A stretch of 58,200 nucleotides of DNA from Eubacteriales bacterium (GTDB taxonomy: Bacteria > Bacillota > Clostridia > Oscillospirales > UMGS1783): positions 1 through 58,200 of the forward strand of contig JAZQVM010000067.1 of the NCBI GenBank assembly GCA_045631845.1, read 5' to 3'. Below are positions 7,798-16,640 of the stretch, piece by piece. Under the pieces are notes generated by a model. The model searched no databases, was not told where the DNA came from, and saw nothing but the letters and a program-made list of their open reading frames with translations. Position 1 is the stretch's first letter; every line of letters starts with the position of its first letter. The translations under genes and the position numbers were made by a program.

Positions 7798-8571
7798 ATG
7801 CCAGAATTACCAGATTTGCAAGTTATTGCTGAGAACTTAAAAAAAATATATTCCAATAGTTGTTTAGAAGATATATATTTAGCAGATTCGGCTAAGGTTA
7901 ATGCCGATATTACAGCATATAACGTAGCACTAGTAGGTAAAAAAGTTGAAACTATCTTTAGGTTTGGAAAAGAAATCGGAATTGTTTTTGAGGGCGGTCA
8001 TTCTTTATACCTGCATCTTATGCGAGAAGGTAAATTTTTTAAATCAGATGTCGATGTAAAAAGTGTAGTTTTAAAATTACGCTTTTCTGATGGTAAAATG
8101 TTAGTAATGAACGATTTTATGAAACAAGCCAGAGTTTTCCTTGACCCTGAATTGACTGATGTTCCCGATCCCCTTGATGGGCAGTTTACAATAGAATATT
8201 TAAAGAAACGACTTTTAGAAAAAAACAGAACAGCAATTAAAGCTTTTTTAATTGATCAGGATAACATTTTGGGAATAGGAAATGCATATGCAGATGAGAT
8301 TTTATGGGAAACTAAGTTGGCGCCTGCCTCTAAGTGTGGCAACATACCAGAAAATGTAACAATTCATTTGTATGAAAACATTCGTTTAGTATTAGAAAAC
8401 TCTGTGCAGAAAATAAAAGAGATTGATCCTAGTATTATATCAGGAGAAATAAGAAGTTTTTTGAATGTTCATAACAAGGACAAAAAGTTATCGCCAACTG
8501 GATATGAAATATTAACGAATAAGATTGGTGGAAAAATAACTTATTTCACAGAAGAACAAATACTGTATTGA
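7798..8571 (+). CDS. Fpg/Nei-family DNA glycosylase/AP-lyase homologue, zinc-less
   Basis: GGAGGA RBS, starting 3 nt after the upstream stop. Has the MPELPDL N-terminus (Pro2, Glu3), RFGKEI...HLMREG, and the H2TH block IKAFLIDQDNILGIGNAYADEILW. The last 77 residues contain no Cys, whereas canonical Fpg has a CxxC...CxxC finger there. Confidence 0.75.
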   Translation: MPELPDLQVIAENLKKIYSNSCLEDIYLADSAKVNADITAYNVALVGKKVETIFRFGKEIGIVFEGGHSLYLHLMREGKFFKSDVDVKSVVLKLRFSDGKMLVMNDFMKQARVFLDPELTDVPDPLDGQFTIEYLKKRLLEKNRTAIKAFLIDQDNILGIGNAYADEILWETKLAPASKCGNIPENVTIHLYENIRLVLENSVQKIKEIDPSIISGEIRSFLNVHNKDKKLSPTGYEILTNKIGGKITYFTEEQILY

Positions 8572-8800
8572 AGAAGCTCAAAGAAAACATATAAATATTC
8601 ATAAGTCTTTGATTATTTGAGAAGTTATTGATGGTAGGCTTATGTAATTTGGTGTGACAACACAGTGACAACAAAAATCTTAACAGTCCATATTTTGTGG
8701 ATAATCTAAACACTCCCGATAATATGAGCAAAAACACCCATACAAAATTGTTTAAGTCGCAGTTTTCGGGAGCGAGTGGGAATAATGTAATATGGCTTTT

Positions 8801-8835
8801 AAGTGGCTTGAAACAAGGGGTTCAAGCCACTTTTT
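8801..8835 (+). terminator. Strong hairpin plus T-run at the AT-rich/GC-rich junction
   Basis: AAGTGGCTTGAA-ACAAGGGG-TTCAAGCCACTT (12-bp stem) followed by TTT. Confidence 0.55.
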
Positions 8836-8848
8836 GCGGGCATAATTT

Positions 8849-9676
8849 ATGTATAATAAGGTTTATGTCGAAATCACGAATATATGCAACATGAACTGCT
8901 CCTTCTGTCACGGCCACAAACGCCCGCCGCGGCAAATGACCATGGAGGAGTTTTCTTATGTCCTCGACAAGCTGACAGAGCAGACGAAATATATCTATTA
9001 CCACCTGATGGGCGAACCGCTTACCCATCCGTTGCTCCCCGAGTTTGTAAAACTGGCAGGGGAACGAGGCTATAAATCCATTATTACCACCAACGGCACC
9101 TTGCTGGATAGGCGAGGGGATGAGCTGTTATCGGCAGGGGTACATAAGGTGAATATTTCCGTGCATAGCTTCGAAAACGGTTCAAACGATGAACACCAAA
9201 CATATGTTTATCAACTGGCAGACTTCTCAAAAAAAGCCGCCGCCCTCGGCACCATCGTGGTGTTTCGGCTCTGGAATAAGAACTGCGACGACGGAAAAAA
9301 CGAAACTACCCTCCGATACCTTCATGAATCCATCCCCGAGGAGTGGAAAACCAATGCCCGTGGCATAAAACTACGGGACAATATCTACCTCGAATGGGGC
9401 GACCGCTTCGAATGGCCCGATAGCGAGGCGCAGGTGAAAGGAACCAGGTTCTCCTGCTACGGCCTCAAAGACCAGTTCGGTATTCTATCGGATGGCACGG
9501 TTGTTCCCTGTTGTCTTGACAGCGACGGCATCATCAACCTCGGCAACATATTTACCCAAGATATTTCATCCATCCTCCACTCCAAACGAGCCACCGCTAT
9601 CGCCGAAGGCTTCCGATGCGGCACGGCAGCGGAGGATTTGTGTAAAAGATGCGGCTACGCCCAAAGATTTATATAA
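8849..9676 (+). CDS. Radical SAM protein with a Cys-rich SPASM/twitch-like C-terminus
   Basis: CNMNCSFC (CxxxCxxC) lies at residues 13-20. C-terminal cysteine clusters include CYGL..VVPCCLD and CKRCGY. Confidence 0.8.
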   Translation: MYNKVYVEITNICNMNCSFCHGHKRPPRQMTMEEFSYVLDKLTEQTKYIYYHLMGEPLTHPLLPEFVKLAGERGYKSIITTNGTLLDRRGDELLSAGVHKVNISVHSFENGSNDEHQTYVYQLADFSKKAAALGTIVVFRLWNKNCDDGKNETTLRYLHESIPEEWKTNARGIKLRDNIYLEWGDRFEWPDSEAQVKGTRFSCYGLKDQFGILSDGTVVPCCLDSDGIINLGNIFTQDISSILHSKRATAIAEGFRCGTAAEDLCKRCGYAQRFI

Positions 9677-9694
9677 AATGGAAGGAAGAGAAAC

Positions 9695-11095
9695 ATGATT
9701 GAAAAGATTATTAACCTAACCAATGACGCCCTCTACAGTTACATACTGATTATACTCTTAGTACTGGGTGGCATCTGGTTTACCGTCCGTACACGGTTCG
9801 CCCAGTTCCGCCTACTCGGCCAGCAATTCAAGTCGGTCACCGAAAAAACCGATAAGAACGGTGTGTCCTCCTTCCAAGCGCTTATGGTTTCCACCGCCTC
9901 CCGTGTCGGTACGGGCAACATCATCGGCGTAGCAACGGCACTCTGTGTCGGCGGCTTCGGTAGCGTGTTTTGGATGTGGGTCATCGCCTTGATTGGTGCG
10001 GCATCCGCCTTTGTCGAAAGCACCTTGGCCCAGATTTATAAAAAGCGCGGCAAGGACGGCTGCTATGGCGGCCCCGCCTATTACATCGAAGCGGCCACCA
10101 AACGCAAAGGTCTCGCCATCATCTTCTCCGTCTTTTTAGTTCTTACTTATGGCATCGGCTTTAATATGCTGGCTTCTTATAATTTGCAAGCCACCTTTTC
10201 CTCTTACGGCTTCTATAATCCAACCATTACCCCGTGGCTCATCGGTCTGGTCATCGCCATACTCGTCGGCTACTGCCTGATCGGTGGCGGTAAACGGCTG
10301 GTAAAGGTCACCAGCTCCTTGGTTCCCATCATGGGTGCGCTCTATATCTTAGTAGCCATCGCCATTTCGCTGATCAATATAAAAGCCCTGCCCGATATGT
10401 TCAAGCAGATTTTCGTTGGCGCCTTTGACTGGAAAGCCATCTTCGGCGGTTTTGGCGGCTCGTGCGTCATGTACGGCATCAAACGTGGCCTGTTTTCCAA
10501 TGAAGCAGGTGTCGGTTCCGCCCCCAACGCTTCGGCCTCTGCCGATGTGTCCCATCCAGCCAAACAGGGACTGGTGCAGGTGCTCTCGGTCTTTATCGAT
10601 ACCCTGCTCGTCTGTTCCGCCACCGCATTTATGTGCATGAGCTCGGGCGTCACCCCGCCCACAACCAGCGATCAAGCCGCCGCTTATGTCCAAAATGCCC
10701 TCAGCGCCACCCTTGGCAACGTCGGCCCTATCTTCATCACCGTCGCCATGGTCCTGTTCGCCTTCACCACCCTGCTGGGCAACCTGTTCTATGTCGATAA
10801 AACCATCAATTACCTGCTCGGCAAAGAACCCAATAAGAAAATTAGGAATGTTTGCTATATTTTGGCCTCCGCCGTCATCTTTGTCGGTGCAGGCCTCAGC
10901 GCCGATCTGCTCTGGGGTGTTGCCGATATTTTGATGGCCGGCATGACGATTATCAATATGCCCGTCATCATTTACCTCGGTAAGTACGCCATCCGTACCC
11001 TCAAAGACTATGAACGCAAGATCAAACAAGGCGGCGCGATCACCTTCCACGCCAAGGATATCGACCTGCCCCATAAAACCGACTACTGGAACTAA
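9695..11095 (+). CDS. Alanine/glycine:cation symporter (AGCS) family transporter
   Basis: Multi-TM protein. FQALMVSTASRVGTGNIIGVATA and FSNEAGVGSAP are typical of sodium:alanine symporters. Confidence 0.85.
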   Translation: MIEKIINLTNDALYSYILIILLVLGGIWFTVRTRFAQFRLLGQQFKSVTEKTDKNGVSSFQALMVSTASRVGTGNIIGVATALCVGGFGSVFWMWVIALIGAASAFVESTLAQIYKKRGKDGCYGGPAYYIEAATKRKGLAIIFSVFLVLTYGIGFNMLASYNLQATFSSYGFYNPTITPWLIGLVIAILVGYCLIGGGKRLVKVTSSLVPIMGALYILVAIAISLINIKALPDMFKQIFVGAFDWKAIFGGFGGSCVMYGIKRGLFSNEAGVGSAPNASASADVSHPAKQGLVQVLSVFIDTLLVCSATAFMCMSSGVTPPTTSDQAAAYVQNALSATLGNVGPIFITVAMVLFAFTTLLGNLFYVDKTINYLLGKEPNKKIRNVCYILASAVIFVGAGLSADLLWGVADILMAGMTIINMPVIIYLGKYAIRTLKDYERKIKQGGAITFHAKDIDLPHKTDYWN

Positions 11096-11097
11096 AA

Positions 11098-11128
11098 CAA
11101 GGCAGAGAGAAAAATTCTCTCTGCCTTC
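11098..11128 (+). terminator. Terminator after the AGCS gene
   Basis: GGCAGAGAGA-aaaat-TCTCTCTGCC hairpin. Confidence 0.55.
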
Positions 11129-11157
11129 TTGACAAACATAATACCTCGTGATATGAT
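11129..11157 (+). promoter_or_regulatory. Promoter of the padR operon
   Basis: TTGACA, 17-nt spacer, TATGAT. Confidence 0.6.
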
Positions 11158-11181
11158 GTATTCTGCGAGGGGAGGTATCTC

Positions 11182-11502
11182 ATGGATAACCAGTTAAAAC
11201 GAGGCCTGTTGGACGTCTGTGTACTAGCGGCCATAAAAAACGAAGAATCCTATGGCTATAAGATCATAAAGGATATAAAACCCTATGTCGAACTGTCCGA
11301 ATCGACTCTGTATACCATTCTCAAACGGCTGGAAACGGCAGATATGCTAACGGTACGCACCGCTGAGCACGGCGGTCGTCTGCGAAAATACTATCGGATT
11401 ACCGAGGCAGGGCTGACCCGCATCGAGGAATTTAAGAAAGACTGGAAAGATATACTGGCCATATACCAATTTGTGAGCAAGGGGGATGAGTCGCATGAAT
11501 AA
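11182..11502 (+). CDS. PadR-family transcriptional regulator
   Basis: LLDVCVLAAIKNEESYGYKIIKDI...STLYTILKRLE...RKYYRITEAG is a PadR-type winged helix. Confidence 0.9.
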   Translation: MDNQLKRGLLDVCVLAAIKNEESYGYKIIKDIKPYVELSESTLYTILKRLETADMLTVRTAEHGGRLRKYYRITEAGLTRIEEFKKDWKDILAIYQFVSKGDESHE

Positions 11503-12037
11503 ACAAGAGTTTCTGACAAGGCTTCGCAAAGGCTTGTTTGGCTTGCCATCAAAAGAAAAGAAGGAACATTTGTCCTTTTATGGTGAAATGATAGACGATC
11601 GCATGGAAGACGGCCTTTCGGAAGAAGCGGCCGTGGCCGAAATCGGTAACTTGGAAGATATCATCGCTCAAATCAAAGCCGCAACCCCCAAGAAAAAGAA
11701 AAACGCAGGCGTCATTGTCCTGCTGATCCTTGGGTTTCCCGTCTGGGGTTCGCTGTTAATTGCCGCCGCTGCCGTAGTTCTCGCTTTTTACCTGTCACTG
11801 TGGGCAGTTCTGATCTCCTTGTGGACCGTCTTTGCCGCTCTGCTCGGCAGTGCTTTGGGCGGTATCGTCGGCGGCATCATCCTGTCCTGTTACGGCAATG
11901 TACCCGCAGGGCTTGCGCTGATCGGTGCCGGCCTTGTCTGTGCCGGTCTTGGCATCTTCCTCTTTTATGGATGTAACGCCGCTACGGTCGGTACGCTAAG
12001 GCTAACCAAAAAGCTGGTACGGAGGGCAGTAAAATGA
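11495..12037 (+). CDS. DUF1700-like membrane protein (PadR operon partner)
   Basis: MNKQEFLTRLRKGL..LP..EKKEHLSFYGEMIDD N-terminus followed by TM segments. ATG 11495 is preferred over 11486 on RBS spacing. Confidence 0.75.
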   Translation: MNKQEFLTRLRKGLFGLPSKEKKEHLSFYGEMIDDRMEDGLSEEAAVAEIGNLEDIIAQIKAATPKKKKNAGVIVLLILGFPVWGSLLIAAAAVVLAFYLSLWAVLISLWTVFAALLGSALGGIVGGIILSCYGNVPAGLALIGAGLVCAGLGIFLFYGCNAATVGTLRLTKKLVRRAVK

Positions 12038-12819
12038 ATAGAAAAAGATGGCTGATACTGGCCGCCGCGCTGGTCGTAGTCGGCGGATTGTTGTTCGGAG
12101 GTGTCATGATGGCGCAGAACTGGAACTTTTTCAAATTGCAAACCACAGCCTTTGAAACCTATACCCACCAAATCCAAGACCCCTATCATAACATATCGAT
12201 AAATATCGATACAGTCGATCTAATGATACTTCCGACCGAAGAAAGTACCACAACGGTTGTCTGTTTCGAGCAGGAAAAGGTCAAGCATACCGTACAAGTC
12301 AAGGCCGATACCCTCTTTATTGAAGTCGTCGATTCCCGAAAATGGTACGAATACATCAGTTTTTCTTTCCAATCTCCTCGGATAACCGTCTATCTTCCCA
12401 AGGCAACATATGAAACGGTGTCTGTTACAGCGAGTACCGCCGATATGCAGGTCGAAAACCTCTCGGCCAATGTATGTACTCTTACCCTTTCCACAGGCGA
12501 TATGAACTTGACCGATATTCAGTGTAAAAATATCAAAGCCACCGCAAGCACAGGGGATATCCACCTGAAAAATGTCGTGGCCGCCCAAGAGTTCTCGGCT
12601 CAAACCGGCACGGGCGATATTTTCTTAGAGGGGTGCGACGCCGAACGCCTCAAGATAAAAACCTCAACCGGCGATGTCGTCGGCCTGTTATTGTCCCCGA
12701 AAGTCTTTGTTGCCCAAACCAATACCGGGGATGTAAATGTTCCTCAAAGCGCCGAGGGTGGCTTGTGTGAAATCCACACCGGTACGGGCGATATTGATGT
12801 GGATGTCACCATTCCCTAA
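12034..12819 (+). CDS. DUF4097-like beta-repeat (putative adhesin) protein
   Basis: N-terminal TM and repeated S/TTGD(I/V/M) beta-strand repeats. It is the usual third gene of PadR-DUF1700 operons. Confidence 0.75.
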   Translation: MNRKRWLILAAALVVVGGLLFGGVMMAQNWNFFKLQTTAFETYTHQIQDPYHNISINIDTVDLMILPTEESTTTVVCFEQEKVKHTVQVKADTLFIEVVDSRKWYEYISFSFQSPRITVYLPKATYETVSVTASTADMQVENLSANVCTLTLSTGDMNLTDIQCKNIKATASTGDIHLKNVVAAQEFSAQTGTGDIFLEGCDAERLKIKTSTGDVVGLLLSPKVFVAQTNTGDVNVPQSAEGGLCEIHTGTGDIDVDVTIP

Positions 12820-14158
12820 GCCCTTTGGGATAATGGTTCTTAGCTCGACCCCCGCTGACCTTAGCCCCGCCCACGGCACAGCCGCAAACGGTAACAACCG
12901 CCCAGCCGTTGCCGCAATCGGCCGCAATCTCCTCACCCCGCAAATAGCGAAGCAGGTCAGGATCTTGGGGTGATAACTCAATACGTCGGTTAAACTGCTG
13001 TCCTAACGCCATGAAAAACTGGTGATGGGGCAGCAGATAATTTTTGCGCACCTCGCCAATGGCCACGCCGCAGGAAAAGGCCGTGCAATGCTCCAAAGGC
13101 AGGCTCGGCGGCGCATATACCGCATTCCCCTTGTGCACTCCCAAAAGCGACATATCGATATTCTTCAATGTGTCTCTCAGAAAATTAACAACCACCGCAT
13201 CCGCCTTGCCCGTTGTGCGGGAAATGGTCGGGCGGGGTAGGGAAGGAGCGGTGTCTTTCAGTACCGCCATGAACTGTCCTTCGCCCCGACTCTTGTGCGG
13301 ATAGAACCGCCGAGCATGGGAAAAGGTCTGGCAATGGCAGCCGTCGAAAGCAATGCCGTCGGACGTGTGCGCCCTTACCGCATCGGGCACGGGAACAAGG
13401 GTAAAGGTTGGGTGCTTTTGAAGAAAATCATCCACAACCATTTCGTTCTCTTCTAGGGAAAAGGTGCAGGTCGCATAAAGGATCGTGCCGCCCGCCCGCA
13501 GGGCCAACGCCGCCTGCTCCAAAATCTCCTTTTGCCGCTCGGCGCAACGGGTCACATTCTCCTCGCTCCATTGTTCTATGGCAGGGTTGTCCTTGCGGAA
13601 CATCCCCTCGCCCGAACAGGGCGCATCGACGATGATACAATCAAAGGTTTTGGGAAAACGATGGGCCATGGCCGACGGCTCTAAACAGGTGGTCGCCGTG
13701 CGGGTCAACCCCAACCGCTCCACATTCCCCGTTAGAATCTTGCAACGGGACGGAATAATCTCATTGGCAATCAACAGGCCATCAGGGCCCAGTTTGTTTT
13801 TAATCTGCCCCGACTTGCCGCCGGGTGCGGCGCACAGATCCAATACCCACCAATCGGGCTGTACCGTTAAACATTCAACAGCCGCCATTGCACCGGGGTC
13901 CTGCACGTAGATCGCCCCCGCATGATGCAAGGGATGATGACCAATGCCGTCATAATGCAGATAAAACCCATTGGCCACATAGGGAACAGGGGTAGAACCA
14001 AAAGGATCTACCGCAAGAAAATCCGAAACCGAGATCTTGTCGGTGTTTACCCGAAATGCCCTCTCGGCCGCTCTGTCATAGCAGGCTAAATATTCATCAA
14101 ATTCCGCACCGAGCAAATGCTTCATGCGCTCGGTAAAAGCGCTCGGCAACTCTCTCAT
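12806..14158 (-). CDS. RsmB/RsmF-type rRNA cytosine-C5 methyltransferase (NOL1/NOP2/Sun family)
   Basis: Contains DLCAAPGGKS and DAPCSGEGMFRK catalytic motifs and a C-terminal extension like RsmF. Confidence 0.85.
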   Translation of the reverse strand: MRELPSAFTERMKHLLGAEFDEYLACYDRAAERAFRVNTDKISVSDFLAVDPFGSTPVPYVANGFYLHYDGIGHHPLHHAGAIYVQDPGAMAAVECLTVQPDWWVLDLCAAPGGKSGQIKNKLGPDGLLIANEIIPSRCKILTGNVERLGLTRTATTCLEPSAMAHRFPKTFDCIIVDAPCSGEGMFRKDNPAIEQWSEENVTRCAERQKEILEQAALALRAGGTILYATCTFSLEENEMVVDDFLQKHPTFTLVPVPDAVRAHTSDGIAFDGCHCQTFSHARRFYPHKSRGEGQFMAVLKDTAPSLPRPTISRTTGKADAVVVNFLRDTLKNIDMSLLGVHKGNAVYAPPSLPLEHCTAFSCGVAIGEVRKNYLLPHHQFFMALGQQFNRRIELSPQDPDLLRYLRGEEIAADCGNGWAVVTVCGCAVGGAKVSGGRAKNHYPKGLREW

Positions 14159-14895
14159 AGATTCATCTCCACGTGCAACATTCCCATGCCTACAGCAGTT
14201 ACCGCCGCTGTTTCCGCACGCAAAATGCGTTTGCCCAAAGAAAGGATCTGTCCTCCGGCCTGTTTGGCCTGTAAAATCTCCCGCTCGTCAAAACCGCCCT
14301 CCGGCCCAATCAGAATACCTATCGACATCCCCAATTGAATTTGAGCAAGAGCCTCCTTGGTTGCCTCCATGCCCCGTTCGTTCTCATAAGGCACGAAAAA
14401 CAAATCCATTTCCTTGGCCTTCTCTAAGGCCTGCGAGTATGACAACACCTCGGAAACGGTAGGAATAAGGTTGCGCTTGCTCTGCTTGGCCGCGCTTTCG
14501 GCAATGGCCTGCCAACGCGCCTGCTTGGAACGCTTCTTTTTCTCGTCCAGCTTTACCACACAACGGTTCATTTCCACCGGAATGATGCCGGCTACACCCA
14601 GCTCTACCGTCTTCTGAATGATCATCTCCAGCTTGTCCCCCTTAGGCAAGCCTTGGAATAAATAAAAGTGAACGGGCAGTTCGGTGTTCTGTACATTTTC
14701 CTCAATCATGCGGGCAATTACCGCATCGCCCTCCATCGATTCCAATTCACACAAATGGGAAAATCCGGCGCAACTCACCAAAAAGGTATCGCCCGCCTGC
14801 ATCCGCAACACATGACAAATGTGGTTGTAGTCATCACCCGTAATGATAAACCGATCCTGCTGATAAGCCGATTCATCCACAAAAAAATTATACAT
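14155..14895 (-). CDS. rsmE: 16S rRNA (uracil1498-N3)-methyltransferase
   Basis: N-terminal FF.......I.GDDYNHI..VLRM..GD, and GPEGGF near the C-terminus. Overlaps the downstream gene by 4 nt. Confidence 0.85.
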   Translation of the reverse strand: MYNFFVDESAYQQDRFIITGDDYNHICHVLRMQAGDTFLVSCAGFSHLCELESMEGDAVIARMIEENVQNTELPVHFYLFQGLPKGDKLEMIIQKTVELGVAGIIPVEMNRCVVKLDEKKKRSKQARWQAIAESAAKQSKRNLIPTVSEVLSYSQALEKAKEMDLFFVPYENERGMEATKEALAQIQLGMSIGILIGPEGGFDEREILQAKQAGGQILSLGKRILRAETAAVTAVGMGMLHVEMNL

Positions 14896-15044
14896 AAATT
14901 CCCGCCTCGCTCATTCTTTTCCTATATTATACCTTTTTTTTTGCATATCGGCAATAATACGGCGAAAAAAAGACAAAAACCGACTTTATTCTTTCTCAAA
15001 AATATGGTATACTATAAGCGAAATTAAACAAAGGAGAAACGATC

Positions 15045-15281
15045 ATGAAAAAAATTATCTGCAAAGTAGAATATGATACGGCTACCGCCGCGCCCGTAGC
15101 TAAATACACCCAAGGCGCCTTTGGTGATCCGAACGGCTTTGAGGAAACCCTCTATCAAATGCAGGACGGCAAATTGTTCCTCTATGTCAACGGCGGCGAA
15201 AATTCCCCCTATCCGCAGGAAAACATCAAGCGAATGAGCAAAGCCAAAGCCGATGAGTGGAAAATTTCCCACAATCTATAA
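15045..15281 (+). CDS. Small hypothetical protein (78 aa)
   Basis: AAGGAGAA RBS, host-like codon composition, and a terminator downstream. Confidence 0.5.
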   Translation: MKKIICKVEYDTATAAPVAKYTQGAFGDPNGFEETLYQMQDGKLFLYVNGGENSPYPQENIKRMSKAKADEWKISHNL

Positions 15282-15303
15282 AATCAAGAATTATTCCTAA
15301 TTT

Positions 15304-15332
15304 AAAAAGCAAGCCTTGCGCTTGCTTTTTTT
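15304..15332 (+). terminator. Intrinsic terminator
   Basis: AGCAAGC-cttgc-GCTTGCT hairpin followed by TTTTTT. Confidence 0.7.
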
Positions 15333-15379
15333 CATGCCTTGTGGTACAATGCGACCAGTATAAAAAAGGAAGAAAGAAA

Positions 15380-16624
15380 ATGCCCAACTATAAGAGAACT
15401 AAACTGGCCTGTTATTCGGCCTATTTTACCATGGCATCCGTTTTTGGTATGCCGCCGGTATTGCTGGTGCCGTTGCATGACCAATACGGCATATCCTACA
15501 CCCTGCTCGGCACGCTGGTGCTGGTAAATTTCTGCACCCAGATGGCCATCGATCTGCTTTTTACCCTGTTCGGCAAACGCTGGCGGGTGGATCGAATCCT
15601 GCGGATGATGCCGCTGATCACAACGGTGGGGTTGGCACTCTATGCTCTTTTGCCGATGTGGTTTCCCGAGCAGGTCTATGCGGGACTGGTGATCGGTACG
15701 GTCATTTTTTCGGTGTCGGCTGGGCTGTCCGAGGTGTTGCTAAGCCCCACCATTGCCGCCATCCCGTCGGACAATCCGCAACGGGACATGAGTTTGCTCC
15801 ATTCGCTTTATGCTTTCGGTGTCTTTACCGTCGTGGTATTTAGCACCGTATTTCTCAAAATATTTGGCAATGAACATTGGCAGATTTTAACCCTGATCCT
15901 GGCCTCTTGGCCGATCGTGGCCGCCCTATTGTTTGCCCGTGCGCCACTGCCGGACATGACCGCAACCGAAACAACAAAACGCCCGAACGCCACCAAACGC
16001 CGCGTGATCGGCATGGCGCTCTGCTTTGGCGGCATCTTCTTCGGCAGTTGTGCCGAAAGTGCCATGACCAGTTGGGTGTCGGGCTTTATGGAAACGGCAT
16101 TAGGATTGGATAAAGCACTGGGCGATGTACTGGGCTTGGCCATGTTCGCCATTCTCTTAGGGCTAACCCGTATCGCCTACGCCAAATTCGGCAAAAAGAT
16201 CCTGCCGATGCTGCTGGGCGGCCTGATCGGGGCGGCCTGTTGCTATTTGATTGTGGGGCTGACCGATAACGTCTTAATCGCCTTCCTTGCCTGTATCCTC
16301 ACCGGCGTCTTTACCGCCATGCTTTGGCCGGGTATGTTGATCGCCATGGAAGAAAATATTGAGGGAGCGGGCGTGGTTGCCTTTGCGCTGATGGCCGTCG
16401 GCGGCGACTTGGGCGCTTCGGTAGCCCCGCAGATGATGGGAGTGGTGATCGATACGGTGGCCGCATCCCCGATGGCCTCGGCGTTAAGTCAGTCCACCGG
16501 CCTGACGGTTGACCAAATCGGCATGAAGGTAGGAATGCTCACCAGCGCCATCTTCCCCATCTTGGGAATCGTCCTGTTAATCATTATTATGCGTTATTTC
16601 CAAAAGAAAAAGGAGCAAGCGTAA
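15380..16624 (+). CDS. MFS transporter
   Basis: About 12 predicted TM segments. ATG 15380 is preferred: it has an AAGGAAG RBS, and the longer ORF start lies upstream of a terminator and a TGGTACAAT promoter. Confidence 0.75.
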   Translation: MPNYKRTKLACYSAYFTMASVFGMPPVLLVPLHDQYGISYTLLGTLVLVNFCTQMAIDLLFTLFGKRWRVDRILRMMPLITTVGLALYALLPMWFPEQVYAGLVIGTVIFSVSAGLSEVLLSPTIAAIPSDNPQRDMSLLHSLYAFGVFTVVVFSTVFLKIFGNEHWQILTLILASWPIVAALLFARAPLPDMTATETTKRPNATKRRVIGMALCFGGIFFGSCAESAMTSWVSGFMETALGLDKALGDVLGLAMFAILLGLTRIAYAKFGKKILPMLLGGLIGAACCYLIVGLTDNVLIAFLACILTGVFTAMLWPGMLIAMEENIEGAGVVAFALMAVGGDLGASVAPQMMGVVIDTVAASPMASALSQSTGLTVDQIGMKVGMLTSAIFPILGIVLLIIIMRYFQKKKEQA

Positions 16625-16637
16625 TGCTTGCTCCTTG
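16609..16637. terminator. Bidirectional terminator between convergent genes
   Basis: AGGAGCAAGC-gtaat-GCTTGCTCCT hairpin. Confidence 0.55.
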
Positions 16638-16640
16638 TTA

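Noticed and set aside
8697-8894. 65-aa ORF bridging the island junction and the radical SAM start.
   Set aside because: It has no RBS, crosses a strong hairpin terminator, and overlaps the radical SAM gene out of frame.
10349-11074. 241-aa ORF antisense to the AGCS symporter gene.
   Set aside because: Shadow ORF in GC-rich coding sequence, with a Gly/Asp-rich nonsense-like translation.
15257-15379. N-terminal extension of the MFS ORF.
   Set aside because: The extension spans an intrinsic terminator and a TGGTACAAT promoter. ATG 15380 has a proper RBS.
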